From the NCBI GenBank assembly GCA_965240325.2, contig OZ251233.1, positions 1,860,001-1,924,000 on the forward strand: a DNA stretch of 64,000 nucleotides, written 5' to 3'. This document shows, piece by piece, positions 23,701-36,600 of the stretch. The translations under genes were made by a program, and so were the position numbers. The stretch is from Rebecca billardiae RCC1528 (Eukaryota > Protista > Haptophyta). Positions within the stretch are counted from its first letter, which is position 1, and the number at the start of each line of letters is the position of its first letter. Below the pieces are notes generated by a model. That model did not search any database. It worked only from the letters and a program-made list of their open reading frames with translations, and had not been told where the DNA came from.

Positions 23701-26700
23701 CGCCGCCGGCGCGAGCGCTGCTCGAGCTCGCGGCCGACGCGGCCGCGCTCGCGCCGGCGGGAGCGGAAAGTCGCGCGCAGCACGCGGCCGCGCTCGGCGC
23801 GGTGTCCTCCGGGGCGCGCGGCGGCGCGGCGCTCGACTTTGACGGGGCGGCGCAGGCCGCGACGCTCGGCCAGGCTGCGTCGCTCGCGCGCGCCGCGCTC
23901 GGCGCGGGCGCGGGCATCGGCGCGCACTCCGCGGCCGCGCTCGTCCGAGCGGCCAACGCCGCGCTGCTAGCCAACGCGACGCGCGGCGTGGCCGTGGCCG
24001 AGTCGGCGGCGGTGGGCGGCTCCGCCCTCGAGCTGGCGAGCGACCTCGCGCGCGCGCTGCTCGTCGGCGCCGTGCCCGGCGAGCCGGCCGCGCAGCTCGG
24101 CGGACCCGCGCTCAGCATCGCCGCGGCACGCACACGCGCCGACAACCTGGCCGGCGGCGCGGCGCCGGCCGGCAACGCGTCTGGCGCGGACGGCGGCGCT
24201 GCGGCCGGTGGCTGGGTGGAGCTCGGCGGCGGCGCTGGCGGCGGCGTGCGCGTGCCCGCGTCGGCGGTGCGCGCGCAGCCCGCCAGCGCGCTCGGCCCCG
24301 CCAGCTCCGTCGACGTCGTCTTCGCCGCCATCGGCGCGCGAGATCGCGATCTCGAGATCGCGCTTCGCAACCTGAGCGCCGCGCCGGGCGCGGCCGTGAG
24401 CGCGGTCGCGGGCGGCCGAGGCGGCGGCGGCGAGGTGGGGACTGCGGTGGTGCTCGCGTCGCTGTACGCGCCGGGCGCGGGCGGGGCGGCGCTCACGGTG
24501 CGCGGGCTGGCCGAGCCGGTGCTGCTGCAGCTCCCGCCGCCGCTCGGCCGGCGCGAACGCGACGACGGCGACGACGACGAGGACGAGGACGGCGGCGGCG
24601 GCGGCGGCGGCAGCGGTGGGCTTGTTGGCGACCTTGGCTGCTTCTTCCTCGACGAGCACACGCGCGCGTGGAGCGCCGACGGCTGCGCGCCGGTGGGCGC
24701 GCCGCCCGGCCTCGACCCCCGCTCGCTGTTCTGCGCGTGCGACCACCTGACCACCTTTGCAGGCCTTGCGCTGCCCGCGAGCGCCGCCGAGGCGCGCGCG
24801 GACGCGGACGCGGTGCGCGTCAACACGTTCAGCGCAGCGGACGCGGCGTCGGCGCTGCTCGAGCCAGAGCGGGCCGCTCGGGAGAACCGCGCCATCTCCC
24901 GGCTGGTGTACCTGCTCGCGGGGGCGAACGCGCTGGCGCTGCTCCTCGCCCTGCTCGCGGACCGGCGCGCGCGTGCGGAGTATGAACGATGGCACGCGTC
25001 CGAGCTGAGGACGAGTGGGATGCTCGGAGGCTCGGGGAGCGGCGGCGCGCGGCGGCGGTACAAGTACGCGGGCGCGGGCGCGGGCGGGGGCCGCGCCAGC
25101 TGGAGCAGCGCGGGCGCGTCGGGCAGCACCGCGCGCACGAGCTGCGCGTCGCGCAGCAGCCTTAGTCTTTCCTCGCTCGGCGTCCGAAGCCGCGCGGGCA
25201 GCAGCGGCAGCGGTCTGAGCTCCAGCTCAATCAGCCTCGTCTCGCCGCTGCGCCCGCCGCCCGGGCCGGGCGAGCCCTCGACCGTGGAGCTGGTGAGGCA
25301 GAGGCGCGCGGCGGAGCGCGCGTGCGCGCAGCTCGCCGCGGCGCGCGCGGCGGAGGAGGCGGCGGCCGCCGCGGAGCGCGGCTCAACGGCTAGCGGGCTG
25401 CTGCACACACACGCGCCAATCCCGCCCGCCGCCGCCGCGCTCGGCCGCCGGCTCTCGGCCGCCTACGCCACCGCCTCGTCGCGCGACTCGCGCGTGCGCG
25501 ACTCGCGCGTGAGCGCGCGCGCCTCGTGCGGCGGCGCGGGTGGCGCCGCCGCCGCGCCGCGCGCGCCGGCCGCTCCGGCCGCGCCGGCGCGCGAGGCGGC
25601 GGCGGAGCGCGCGCGCGCGCGCGCCCGCGCCGCGGCGCGCGCGCGCCGCGCGCGCGCGCTCGCCTTCGTGCAGCGCGTGACGGACGAGCACCCACTGCTG
25701 CTGCTGCTGTTTGCGCCGGCCGCGCGCGGCGTGCGCAAGGCCGAGCTGGCGCAGTCGCTCTTCAGCATGGCCGCCCTGCTGCTCGCGCTCGAGTGCGCGC
25801 TGTACCGCGCGCACGCGCACGGCGAGGGCGCGCGCGCGGACGAGGCAGCCCGCGGCGGCGGCCCGCGCGCGCTCACCGTCGCGCTGTACGCGCTGCTCGC
25901 CGCCGCGATCAGCGCGCCCGCGCTCGCGGCGTGCCGCGCCGCGTGGGCGTTCGCGCACTCGGCCGAGGGCGAGAGCCCGGCGCAGCGGCTCTTCACGGCA
26001 CTGCGCGCCGCGCTGGATGGACGGCTGAGGCTCGCGTCGGGCGCGCGCGCCGCGCGCCTCACCGCCATCGTGGAGAGTGCGCAGCAGCTCGACGGGCTGC
26101 AGGGCGCGCGGCACGTGCGCGTGAGCGAGGAGGAGGACGAGGTCGCGGAGGCTCAGCTCTGGGAGCGCGCGGTCGAGAGCCTCAAGGAGCGGGCCGCGGC
26201 GGAGGCGGAGGCGGAGGCGGAGGCGGCGGCGGCCAAGACCGCGAGCCGCGCGGCGAGCCGCTGGCGGTGCGCGCTCGCCGCGCTCGCAGCCGCGCCCGCG
26301 AGCGCGCCGCTGGCGCCGTTGGTTCGGGTGCTGTCGCGCCAGTGGTCGGGGCCAATGGACCTGACGGCCGCCGCGCCGGCCGCAGCGGAGCCGGGGGCGG
26401 GGGCGGAGGCGCGCGCGGAGGCGGAGGCGGGCGCGGAGGCAGGAGGTGAGTGGGTGGCGGCACCGCCGCCGCCCGCGCAGCGCTGCCGCCCGCCGCCGCC
26501 GCGCGGGAGCCCGCCGCGCGAGCCCAGCGCAGCTGCTCGCACGCAGCTGGCCGAAGCGGGGCGCACCAACGCGCCGCCCTCGCCACGGCCGGCGCCGGGC
26601 GCGGCGGCCGCGCGGCGCGGTCAGACGGTGCTGACGGCGCNNNNNNNNNNNNNNNNNNNNNNNNNNNNNNNNNNNNNNNNNNNNNNNNNNNNNNNNNNNN

Positions 26701-28512
26701 NNNNNNNNNNNNNNNNNNNNNNNNNNNNNNNNNNNNNNNNTGCTGACGGCGCGCGTGCGCGGCGCGCGCGTCGGCCCTGCGGAGTGCGTTCCGAGTGCCG
26801 CTGCTCCGGGCAGCGGGTGTGCGTGCACGCCAGCCTGCGCGCCGCCGCCGCCCTCGCCGCCGCCCTCGCCGCCGCCCTCGTCGCCGCAGCCGCCGCCGAC
26901 ACGGCGCAACGCCTCGCTCCCGCCCAAGCACTCGCGCGTGGCGCCGTGTGGCGGCGCGCCCACGGGCGACGCGCCCGGCGCCGTGCTGCCGCCGCACAGC
27001 CGAGCGCGGAGCTTTGAGCTGCCTCGGCAGGCCGTCGCGCGCGTGGGCGCGCCACGCTCGGCAGGCAGCGGGGTGCGCACCGCGCCGCGAGCGGCTGAGC
27101 CCTGCGCCACGAGCTGCGCGACCGGTCCGCGTGCGGCCTGGGGAGGCGCTGGCGTGGGCGCGGGCGCGACGTCGGCCGTCGGCGCGCCCGCGCCCGCTGC
27201 CGACGACGCGCCTGCCGCCGTGCGCTGCCCGCCGTGCACGCCGCCGCGCGCGAGCGCCCTCGCCCTCGCCCTCGCCGGCCGGAGCTCGAAGCCGCCCTCC
27301 GACCCGCCCTCGCCCACGGCCTCGCTCGCGTCCTCCGCCGCCGCGCGCGGCGCGGCGGCGCCCATCCTCAGTCTGAGCTCGCTCGTCAGCCCGCGCGCAA
27401 GCGGCCGAGGCGACCGCACTTCCGAGCAAGGGCCGTGCTCCGAGCTTGAGTGGCGTGCCAGCGGCAGCGCGCTGCCCGGGGCGGTGCCGGCGTGTGCGTC
27501 CGCGCCGTGCGCCCCGGCCGAGGCGCCAGCGCCGCGCGAGTGCGCGCCGAGGGCGGCGCCCTCGCCCCTGGGCACGCCGGCCGCGCCGCACGCCGTTGAG
27601 GCTGTCGCCGCGCGCACCGCGCGCGCGCCGGCCGCGGCGCCGGCTGCCGCGCGCGCGCCCGCCTGCTCAGCCAGCGGCGCGCACAGCGCGTGCGGCGCGT
27701 GCTTGAGATCTACAGCCTGTCCGCCGCCTGCGCCCATGCCGGCCTGGCCCGCCGCCCCGGCGCGGCCGCTGCCGCCGGTCTCGGCCGTCAGGCCCGGCGG
27801 CGCGGCTGCGCGCTGGCCGTCATTCGCCCGCCGGGCGGCGCCGGCCCCTGCCGCGCCCTCGCCGCCCGGCCGGCTCTCCTCCTCCTTCTCCTTCCGGCGG
27901 CGCGCGGCCGAGCCCCTCACGGAGCTCGAGCAGCACGCGCTGCGCACGCTCGTCCGCCTCTTCCAGGCCGACGAGGACGGCTGGCTCGGCCTTTCCTCGC
28001 TGCGGCTGCTGATGATTGAGCTGGGCGACCCGATGACTCCGTTCGAGCTGCGCCGGCTGATGCGCGTGCTCGGCGGCGGCGGCGGCGGCGGCGCGCTGCG
28101 CGTGGCGGAGGAGCTGCAGGTGGACTGCACCGCGCTGTGCGCGTGGTTCGCGAAGGCGAAGCTCGCGCACGCGCGCGCGGAGCACCGCGCGCGCGCGTGG
28201 GCGCTGCGCCGCGTGCGCCCTGCGCTTGCTTGGGCGGCCATGCTGACCGCCTTTGCGCTGCTGTGCGCCCTCAGCATCGTCTACGGCGCCGTGCTCGGCG
28301 AGGCGCGCACGGCCGCGATGCTCCGCTCGTGGGGCGTCGCCCTCGGCACCTCGCTCGCGCTGCAAGACGGGCCGATCGCCGCGCTCGGGCTCCTGCTGCC
28401 CGCGCTCGCGACGCGTTCCGGCGTGGCGCGCTGCTGCGAGTGCCTCGGCAAGGCGCTGCGGCGGGCGGCTGAGCGCGCGCGCCGCGCGTGCCACTTCTTC
28501 TTTCAGGGCTGA
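11744..28512 (+). CDS. Giant (~5,250 aa) polycystin-1-like surface receptor: signal peptide, 7-blade RCC1/BLIP-II propeller, ~2,080-aa Ser-Pro stalk, IPT/TIG x2, REJ-like region, GPS, ~5 TM, EF-hand-like pair
   Basis: Exons 11744-11883, 11983-12162, 12374-12727, 12883-13227, 13472-13651, 13841-26640, plus 26753-28512 across the gap. Seven HxC...C(W/F)GxxxxGx(L/I)G-type repeats. IPT motif VQPPIGPLDGGTVVTLEGRGF. GPS CFFLD...WSADGC...CACDHLTTF. Further introns in the 3' part cannot be excluded. Confidence 0.8.
13950..20180 (+). repeat. Coding SPPP/extensin-like repeat with nested periodicities (12-bp, 36-bp, 300-bp, 600-bp)
   Basis: Lines recur near-identically every 300 bp from ~14620 to ~16940. 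A 36-bp unit occurs at ~17600-17950. A larger block is duplicated (~16960-17480 vs ~18630-19160). Confidence 0.95.
26641..26740. other. Assembly gap (100 N), probably a 12-bp contig overlap
   Basis: TGCTGACGGCGC occurs immediately on both sides (26629-26640 and 26741-26752). Confidence 0.85.
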
Positions 28513-29047
28513 GCGCCTGAGCGGCAGCGGCACTACGACGACGCTGCACGCGATGCATCCCTCATCGGGTGGAGTCGCAGTGCCCGGCGCGGCCGCCGGC
28601 TGCGCGCGAGCGGCCGTGCTGCTCGTGCACGGCGACATTTGACAATGACGACGGACATCACATATATCGCTCAGTGATGGCCCGCGGTGCAGGGCGGAGC
28701 GCGCAGCGTGGAGCCCGCACCAGTGGGCCCGAACCACGTTTCAAAAAGATCTTTGATCAAGAAAAAGGGACGCGGGGGCCGATTTTTAGGGCTGGCGGAG
28801 ACCGAGTTTCGAATTTTGAGACCCTCTCTACAGGTGCATCACGGAGAAAAAAACCGCGCCCACAACATTCCCCTAATCAATCGTGGACGGCCGGGCGTGA
28901 GAGTTCACTTCTGTGTGAAGTAGGACGGTTACAAGTCCAATACAAGCGTCAGCTTCTTTGAGGCTATTTTCGCACGTCCATACGGGATCAGCGAAGTAAC
29001 CAACCGATATATATTGGCTTCGTCGGGGTCGTATTCACTACTGATTC

Positions 29048-29248
29048 ATATGCTGTATGGTTCACGCAGGCATAAAATCGCTTCGTCGGAGTCGTATCCA
29101 CTACTGGAGAACATCATTTGCACCGCTTCGTTTTCATACATTATGAACCATATATGCTGTATGGTTCACGCAGGCATAAAATCGCTTCGTCGGGGTCGTA
29201 TCCACTACTGGAGAACAACATTTGCACCGCTTCGTTTTCATACATTAT
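29048..29248. repeat. AT-rich direct tandem duplication, period 104 bp (plus a partial third copy at ~29018)
   Basis: ATATGCTGTATGGTTCACGCAGGC...CATACATTAT at 29048 and 29152. Confidence 0.9.
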
Positions 29249-30190
29249 AATATATATATATGGTTCATGGACTGCTACGGGGTCGAGCAAAATATCATCG
29301 ATATTCATCAGGCGCACGTGTGCGTATTCATCATCAGCCTTCGGGAATTGGGAGTAGCTATTGGCCTTTTGCCCTCTGGCGAGCCAGTTGTGCGCACTTT
29401 AAGAGCAGGCCTGAGCAGGCTCGAGGCCACTTTTTTGCCGCTCACGTGGACATGATGCCGAGCACGTCTCACGAGGTGCGCGCGGCGAGTGGCGTCTGGA
29501 GCGCGCGGCTGTGGTGGGCCCCGACGGCCGTCGACATCGCGTTCGTGCCCCGCTCACTCTGAACTCCGCGCGCCCCCGCCGCCCTATCGATCGATCATCG
29601 ATGCCTGCGCGCGGAATCGTGCACCGCGCGTGCCGCCCGCGACCGGCCGCGGCAGGCCCGAGCCGCCCTTTCGGGCTCTCGCAAGCACGGGGGCAGCGGC
29701 GCCTGATGGCGGACTGATCGACATCTGAGTCTCCGACTTCACCGTGGACGCGCCCCCCTCGTCATGCCTTCCCGGGGTCTCCCACGGAAGACGGACTAAC
29801 CGAGCAGGCGACGGTACTGTCTGTACGCTGCCGTGACACACGGCGCCTGGGCAGCGGGCAGTGGTGGCGGGGTCCCGCGGACGTCAGTCTTCCCCTCGCG
29901 CCCTGCTCACCTCGAGTGCGCCGCCACGCGCCTCCGCACGCGTGTCCCATCGATGCGCAGAGCGGCATGCTTGCATGAAAGTTGAAATGGCTGGGTCATC
30001 AGCCCGCGCCGGCAAGTCTGTCTAGCGCTGGACGGACGGACATAGGAGGACGAGCAGCGCGGGCGACGGTGGTGCGCGACGCTCCCAGAGCTGGCCGTGC
30101 CTCTGCGACGCGTGCCGAGCCTGACCGAGGTGTGTCACCCGGTCCACGCGCGGCGCGCGCGAAGGCACCGGTGCTGTGGCTGCTCGGCTC

Positions 30191-30519
30191 GAATCCGCGG
30201 CCTCGCCTCGCACCGCGGCACCGTGCTCCCTGGCTGTCAGCTCCGCGTGGCCTGGCGTGCACGTAGAGTTGCGCTCATGCGTCGATCACGCCTCGCGCCC
30301 GCCTGTCGGCCGTCGCGCAGGCGCTGGTCGAACCCTACTCGGACCAGTGCAAATCATCTATCCCGTGGCCGCTGCCGGCGCGCGGTGACGGGACAGCGCG
30401 GTCAGCAGCAGGCGCAGCGGCCCGAACGAATCCGCGGCCCCGCACCGTGCTCCCTGGCTGTCTGCTCCGCGTGGCCTGGCGTGCACGTGGAGTCGCGCTC
30501 ATGCGTCGATCACGCCTCG
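30191..30519. repeat. Imperfect ~100-bp direct repeat
   Basis: GAATCCGCGGCC...CACCGTGCTCCCTGGCTGTC...ATGCGTCGATCACGCCTCG at 30191 and 30428. Confidence 0.8.
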
Positions 30520-31860
30520 TCGCATCCGCCTGTACACAATATCGGCGCCGCGGCGGCGGCTGCGACTGGGCCCGCCCGGCCCCGGGCGCCCCGGCGGCCC
30601 GGCGCGGCCGAGGCGGCGGCGCGCCGCTGGAGTCTACTGCTACAGTTGACTAAGAATAAGAGACGCACACAGCTCAGGCAGGCGAGATTGACGCCCGCCA
30701 GCTGTCACCGCCCATGAAGCCGTCGCCGATGGTAGCGCCGCCGGAAAAAAATCGTTACATCAGTAGTTGTACGGGCATGCCAACCGTGCCATTACTGGTC
30801 TCACTCTCAGCCTCAGGTCTGTCCGAATCGGACAATAGTGAAATTGAATAGAGTTAGACGACTGCGCGACGGAGGGTGCACCGCCACCGCGGGCCCCGAA
30901 CCGGTACGTTCGTTCTACGGAAAAGGACCGCGGAACGCGGTCATATGCATGCGCGCTGGCTCCGGCTTCGGTCCACCCCCCCCAGTCCGGTCACGACTGG
31001 AGCGTTACATCTTGACACTGCAATCGGCGGGATCGCCGCCTCTGATGATCTACGATATCTCCTAGACCACCCCAGGCGGTCCCTTGGACGACATTACGAA
31101 TACGGCCAGATGTCACACAGATCGGCATCAGCCACACCTCGTCCAATAGGTTCAGACGCTCTATATTTTCTATAACTAAATACCCATCAGCCCGGGCGTA
31201 CCATTTTCGCATATGTATACAGGTGATGTCCGGAACGCTCCCGGATTGTGCTGAAATCTGAGTAAGGGACGGGTAATTACATAGTAAAATAGAGTCTGAA
31301 CCTATTGGGAGGTGGTCGGATGCGACATTTTACTCTCGTCGTTGAAGTCGTCATCAATCGGGGGTCGTATTCGTAAGGGACTCTGCTGCATGGTCCGCTT
31401 GGTTGACTTCGGCTCGGGGCCAAGACGTAACGGAGCTGGGGGGGGTGGACCGGAGCCGGAGCCCGCTGCTGATGCTGATGACGACACGCTCGAGCCTCGA
31501 GTCCGGGACGTATAATTATATACTGCTCACTGACGGTCACGGTTACTCACGCTGCGTAGTAGGTAGTCGACGATATATCATCGATGCGGATGAATCACCG
31601 CGACGCCGATGACGATATATATGATCGCAATATCGCGCGCGTCACCGCGCGTGGCGCGACGATCGATAGTCACTTAGTAACTACTTAGTGCGCGCACGCA
31701 GCTATGCTGCGTAGCCCGTAGTATATATATATAGAATTAGTCGCGACATCATCAAGTCACTACGCCGCCATGTCGTCGCGCGCGCTATTCTACTGATGCT
31801 GCTTGCGTACGTATATCTGATATATATATATGCACTATATTCTACGACTACTATATATAT

Positions 31861-31964
31861 TGTCAGGGAACGCGTCTCGAGGCTTGACGGTCGCGAGGTC
31901 GTGGACGAGCTTCGGCTCTTGTTTGCGGTGGTGAGCTCAGCGTGTTCGTGGTGCTCGGCTCATG
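31861..31964 (-). repeat. Truncated 3' LTR (104 bp)
   Basis: Identical to 42023-42126; homology stops abruptly at CATG. Confidence 0.85.
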
Positions 31965-34599
31965 ACTGATACGGGTCATGTGCTGGGACTTCCGTGTGAC
32001 GGTTTTGGGTAACCCGAGTCAGTCCTGGGCTTATTTGCACCATATGTTCACTCTTTGGCCTTGATCTTGGACCTTGTTATTGGGCTATGCCCTGCCTTGA
32101 TATTTAATCATAGGCATCCGGAGCAGGAATATCCAGGAAATGGATACGCTCCTTGGGAAATTTGTTGGCTCCCTTGTTTTTGCCTTTGTTGTAATTGTTG
32201 GCCTTGGGGCGTAGCTCTGGGTGGAGCTTCCAACACTGCTGGGCAGTATGGTTCTTGAGACCACAGTGAGTGCACCGTTTGCCGGTGTCCGAGTTATTCG
32301 GCCCGCTCTCGCCATTGGCTGGAGCCTTTTGGGCCTGAGCGGCGAAGACTTCGGCGCCCTCAAAGTCACCGCGTCGCCGCGTGCCTTGCTGATAATCAGC
32401 ATTTTGGCGTATCTTGGAATAATTGTCGGTCTCTCTCCCCTTGGTATTGTTCTGATGGAGTAGCTTCATTGAGCCGTGCCGTTTGTAGGCATCTTCCATC
32501 TGGGCCATTATCTGGTCAGTGTTATCCACACATTGCTCGGGCGTGAGCGCACCGAAGTGCGAGATAACTGACTCGTAGACTTGGGGATGGTCGTGCATGC
32601 TGTTATACAGCTTGAAGACCAACATCGTGGCATCGTCCAGATTCCCATATCGAGATGAGCGGACTTGCTCGACGGATTTCTTGATAATGTCCGATGCGCC
32701 AATGGGCGACACCTTTGTCGGGTATAACTTCAGGAATTCATCCCTGAGTTCGGACATAGTTGTGATCTTGAGCTCGCGCTCAAATATCTGTAGCAGCAGC
32801 GCCAGATCCAAGTAATTCTTGGTCGGATCGCTGATGTGCAGCTTCGATTCCAGATAGGCGAATAACTGAGGCTCGATAGAGTCCTTCAGCTGCTTGAATA
32901 TCGCTGCCGCAGATCGATCGTAGACCGATCCGATCTTGTTGGCGTCAGCGTTGTCAGCCTTGTATGGATCGATTTTGGCTGCGTCTTTCACCCATTTGTC
33001 TTTGGCAATGAGTTGAAAGCCGGATAGCTTGCTATCCTTGGGCTCCATTATGTCAGGTGTGACATCTGAGGATTTGCCCTTGTAGTAGGTGCTCACTTCT
33101 GCGAGTGCATCCCGTATCGCGCTGTGTACCGCGCGCTTGGATTTCAGAGCCGACTGTGTCAGCTTGTGTGTGGCGGGTGTATCCACTCCTGCCGAAGATT
33201 CGCGTGCCATGAACACACGTTCCTTCTTGGTTGGATTAGAGTCTGTGACTCCTCCTTCGATGACTATCCAGTCACGTTTCTTCGACTCAAGTGCATTGGT
33301 CGATATGTCGCGCGCGCTCTGTGGCGATTCGCGCTCTACCTTCGAGCGAGGAGTGACCCTCGTCGAGGCTGTGGTGCCTTCTTTGGGCTTCTTCACGCTC
33401 GTTCTGTCCTGCGGTGATGCATGTGCATCCGCGGCAGCTTCGGCGGAATACTCTTCCTTGCAAGAGTGTGGCGTTGTGGTGGCTGACGCAGCTGATGCAT
33501 GCGCACGCGCGTCGCGCTCGCCAACTTGGTTTTGCTGCGGCTTTGCCGTCAAGCAGATGTATGATGCCCCCCCTGCATCGTATGCGCTTCCTACGTTCGA
33601 CGCGAGTCGATACGTGCCAGACGAGGACTCTGCCGTCTCTGCGGCGGTCATCTCGCGGCTGCTTGTGTCGCTCGTGGCGAGCAGCTCGGCTTCGGAAGCC
33701 ATCGTGAGGCTTGTAGTTTTGGGGTAAACGTATTTGTTTGGGTCATCAGGCAGTAAGGTCTGGCGTTTGCCACTGGCGACTGCACACGGCAACAGGGGCG
33801 TTTGCGCCCTGTTGTCGTGTGCACACTGGGGCGCAAAAGGGGTCACCCTCAGGGGGTTTCGCACTGCTGTTGCCGTGTGCACCGGCCCGCTGTGGCCGTG
33901 CACACGGCAACAGGGCGCAAACGGCCCTGTTGCCGTGTGCAGGCGTGCATGGCTTGCGATGGCAGCCAGCCGTCAGCAGGGCGCCACGCCCACTGTTCGT
34001 TGGTAGGCTGGCCCGATGGCGTCGCGGAGCTCACGCGTACGGGGGAGGAGGGCATCGACGAGGAGACGACCAAGGGCGAGAAGCAGCAGGGGGCACGCAG
34101 CACGGGGCTCGGAGCATGCCGCGAGCACGCGTGCCTCCACACCGTCGCACATCAACCTTGCTCGTAGCTGTGCGCTGTGCTGCCACTCATCTCACCATCG
34201 CCCATGCTACGGGCGCGGCCGGGTGGTGGGCATCTACCTGTCGGCGCAGCACTGGCACCGGTGGTCGCCAGACACTCCTCGACTTGCTCTGCGCGTCACA
34301 GCAAGGAGACGGCAGCGGCACAGCTGTGTGAGCTCGCAGATGAAGTGCTCCTCTGCTTTGCGAGGCTGAGAGGCTGAGCACGCGTGGCGAGCGCTGGCAT
34401 TCCCCCGCATTCATGAGACCAACAGGTACATAGCCGTGCCCAGGAGCGCAGGACCAACCGCCGGGTGCTGCTTCAAACACCTGCGCCCCACTCTGCCGGC
34501 AGGCTGAGGGGCGCTCTACTCTATGCTGCACGCGGCAGCAGCAGCTGGGCCGCTGGGATGGTCCTGCACGGATGACGGCGGTCGCCGCGGCTGACAGCT

Positions 34600-36600
34600 T
34601 GGTGTCACTGGTTCGAAGGGCCTGGACGACGGACGCGCCGAGCGTGGTGACGCTGCTCGATGCGCCCACGGCACTGCCAAGCGCGCTGGAGCCGCTGCCT
34701 CGAGCACTACTGTGCCCGCGCCCAGCTTGGACAGCAGCAGCTGCGCTCAACTCCGCGCCGCGTGCCGTGGCAGCAGCAGGGATGGTGCCACGGCGGCCGG
34801 CGGCGGTCGACGGAGCTGTCGGCTCGGCGGTGCACGCCCGAGGGGCCTGGGCGGTGGGCGCACCGAACGCGGTGCCGCTGCTCGCCTCGCCCATGGCGCT
34901 GGAGCCGCTGCCATCCGACGCTGCTGCGCCCGCGCCCAGCTTGCGCAGCAGCGGCTGCGCTCGACTCCGCGCAGAGTGCGGCGGCAGCAGCAGGGATGGT
35001 GCTACGGTGGGCGACGACGGTCGCTAGAGCTGAAAGCTCGGCGGTGTGCGCCCGAGGGGCCTGGGCGGTGGGCGCACCGAACGCGGTGCCGCTGCTCGCC
35101 TCGCCCATGGCGCTCGAGCCGCTGCCATCCGACGCTGCTGCGCCCGCGCCCAGCTTGGGCAGCAGCGGCTGCGCTCGACTCCGCGCAGAGTGCGGCGGCA
35201 GCAGCAGGGATGGTGCTACGGTGGGCGACGACGGTCGCTAGAGCTGAAAGCTCGGCGGTGCGCGCCCGAGGGGCCTGGGTGGTGGGCGCACCGACGCGGT
35301 GCCGCTGCTCGCCTCGCCCATGGCGCTCGAGCCGCTGCCATCCGACGCTGCTGCGCCCGCGCCCAGCTTGGGCAGCAGCGGCTGCGCTCGACTCCGCGCA
35401 GAGTGCGGCGGCAGCAGCAGGGATGGTGCTACGGTGGGCGACGACGGTCGCTAGAGCTGCAAGCTCGGCGGTGCGCGCCCGAGGGGCCTGGGCGGTGGGC
35501 GCACCGAACGCGGTGCCGCTGCTCGCCTCGCCCATGGCGCTGAAGCCGCTGCCATCCGACGCTGCTGCGCCCGCGCCCAGCTTGGGCAGCAGCGGCTGCG
35601 CTCGACTCCGCGCAGAGTGCGGCGGCAGCAGCAGGGATGGTGCTACGGTGGGCGACGACGGTCGCTTGAGCTGAAAGCTCGGCGGTGTGCGCCCGAGGGG
35701 CCTTGGCGGTGGGCGCACCGAACGCGGTGCCGCTGCTCGCCTCGCCCATGGCGCTCGAGCCGCTGCCATCCGACGCTGCTGCGCACGCGCCAAGCTTGGG
35801 CAGCAGCGGCTGCGCTCGACTCCGCGCAGAGTGCGGCGGCAGCAGCAGGGATGGTGCTACGGTGGGCGACGACGGTCGCTAGAGCTGAAAGCTCGGCGGT
35901 GCGCGCCCGAGGGGCCTGGGTGGTGGGCGCACCGACGCGGTGCCGCCTCTCGCCTCGCCCACGGCGCTCGAGCCGCTGCCATCCGACGCTGCTGCGCCCG
36001 CGCCCAGCTTGGGCAGCAGCGGCTGCGCTCGACTCCGCGCAGAGTGCGGCGGCAGCAGCAGGGATGGTGCTACGGTGGGCGACGACGGTCGCTTGAGCTG
36101 AAAGCTCGGCGGTGCGCGCCCGAGGGGCCTGGGCGGTGGGCGCACCGAACGCGGTGCCGCTGCTCGCCTCGCCCATGGCGCTGGAGCCGCTGCCATCCGA
36201 CGCTGCTGCGCCCGCGCCCAGCTTGGGCAGCAGCGGCTGCGCTCGACTCCGCGCCGCGTGCGGCGGCAGCAGCAGGGATGGTGCTGCGGTGGGCGACGAC
36301 GGTCGCTAGAGCTGAAAGCTCAGCGGTGTGCGCCTGAGGGGCCTGGGCGGTGGGTGCATTGAGCGCGCTGACGCCTCTCGCCTCGCCCGGCGCGCTCGAG
36401 CCGCTGCCATCCGATGCTGCCGCGCCCGCGCCCTGTCGCGCCGAGTGCGGCTGCAGCATCAGGGATGGCGCCACGGCGGGCGGGCGGCGGTGCATGCAGC
36501 TAGCAGCTCGGTGCTGCACGCGCGAGGGGCCTGGGCGGCAGACGCGCGCAATGCAGTGACGCTGATGCACGCGTCAGGCGCGCTGGCCAGCCCCCGGAGC
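34600..36600 (+). repeat. 214-bp tandem satellite, left arm (~7 homogeneous copies plus degenerate edges)
   Basis: CACCGAACGCGGTGCCG recurs at 34861 and 35075, and so on; some units are 213 bp. Confidence 0.95.

Larger units (their letters stand above)
28672..30797. mobile_element. Possible old non-autonomous hAT-like TIR element
   Basis: Left end CAGTGATGGCCCG vs reverse complement of right end CAGTAATGGCACG (11/13). The 8-bp flanks ATATCGCT/GTCTCACT match only 5/8. The interior is lower-GC in part, non-coding and internally duplicated. Confidence 0.3.

Noticed and set aside
20808-28277. Long antisense ORFs opposite the receptor, and similar ones opposite other genes
   Set aside because: Stop-codon scarcity at very high GC; Arg/Ala-rich shadows without domains.
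30800-31850. Short ORFs in a low-GC segment as viral or TE remnants
   Set aside because: No recognisable motif or boundary; needs TBLASTX.
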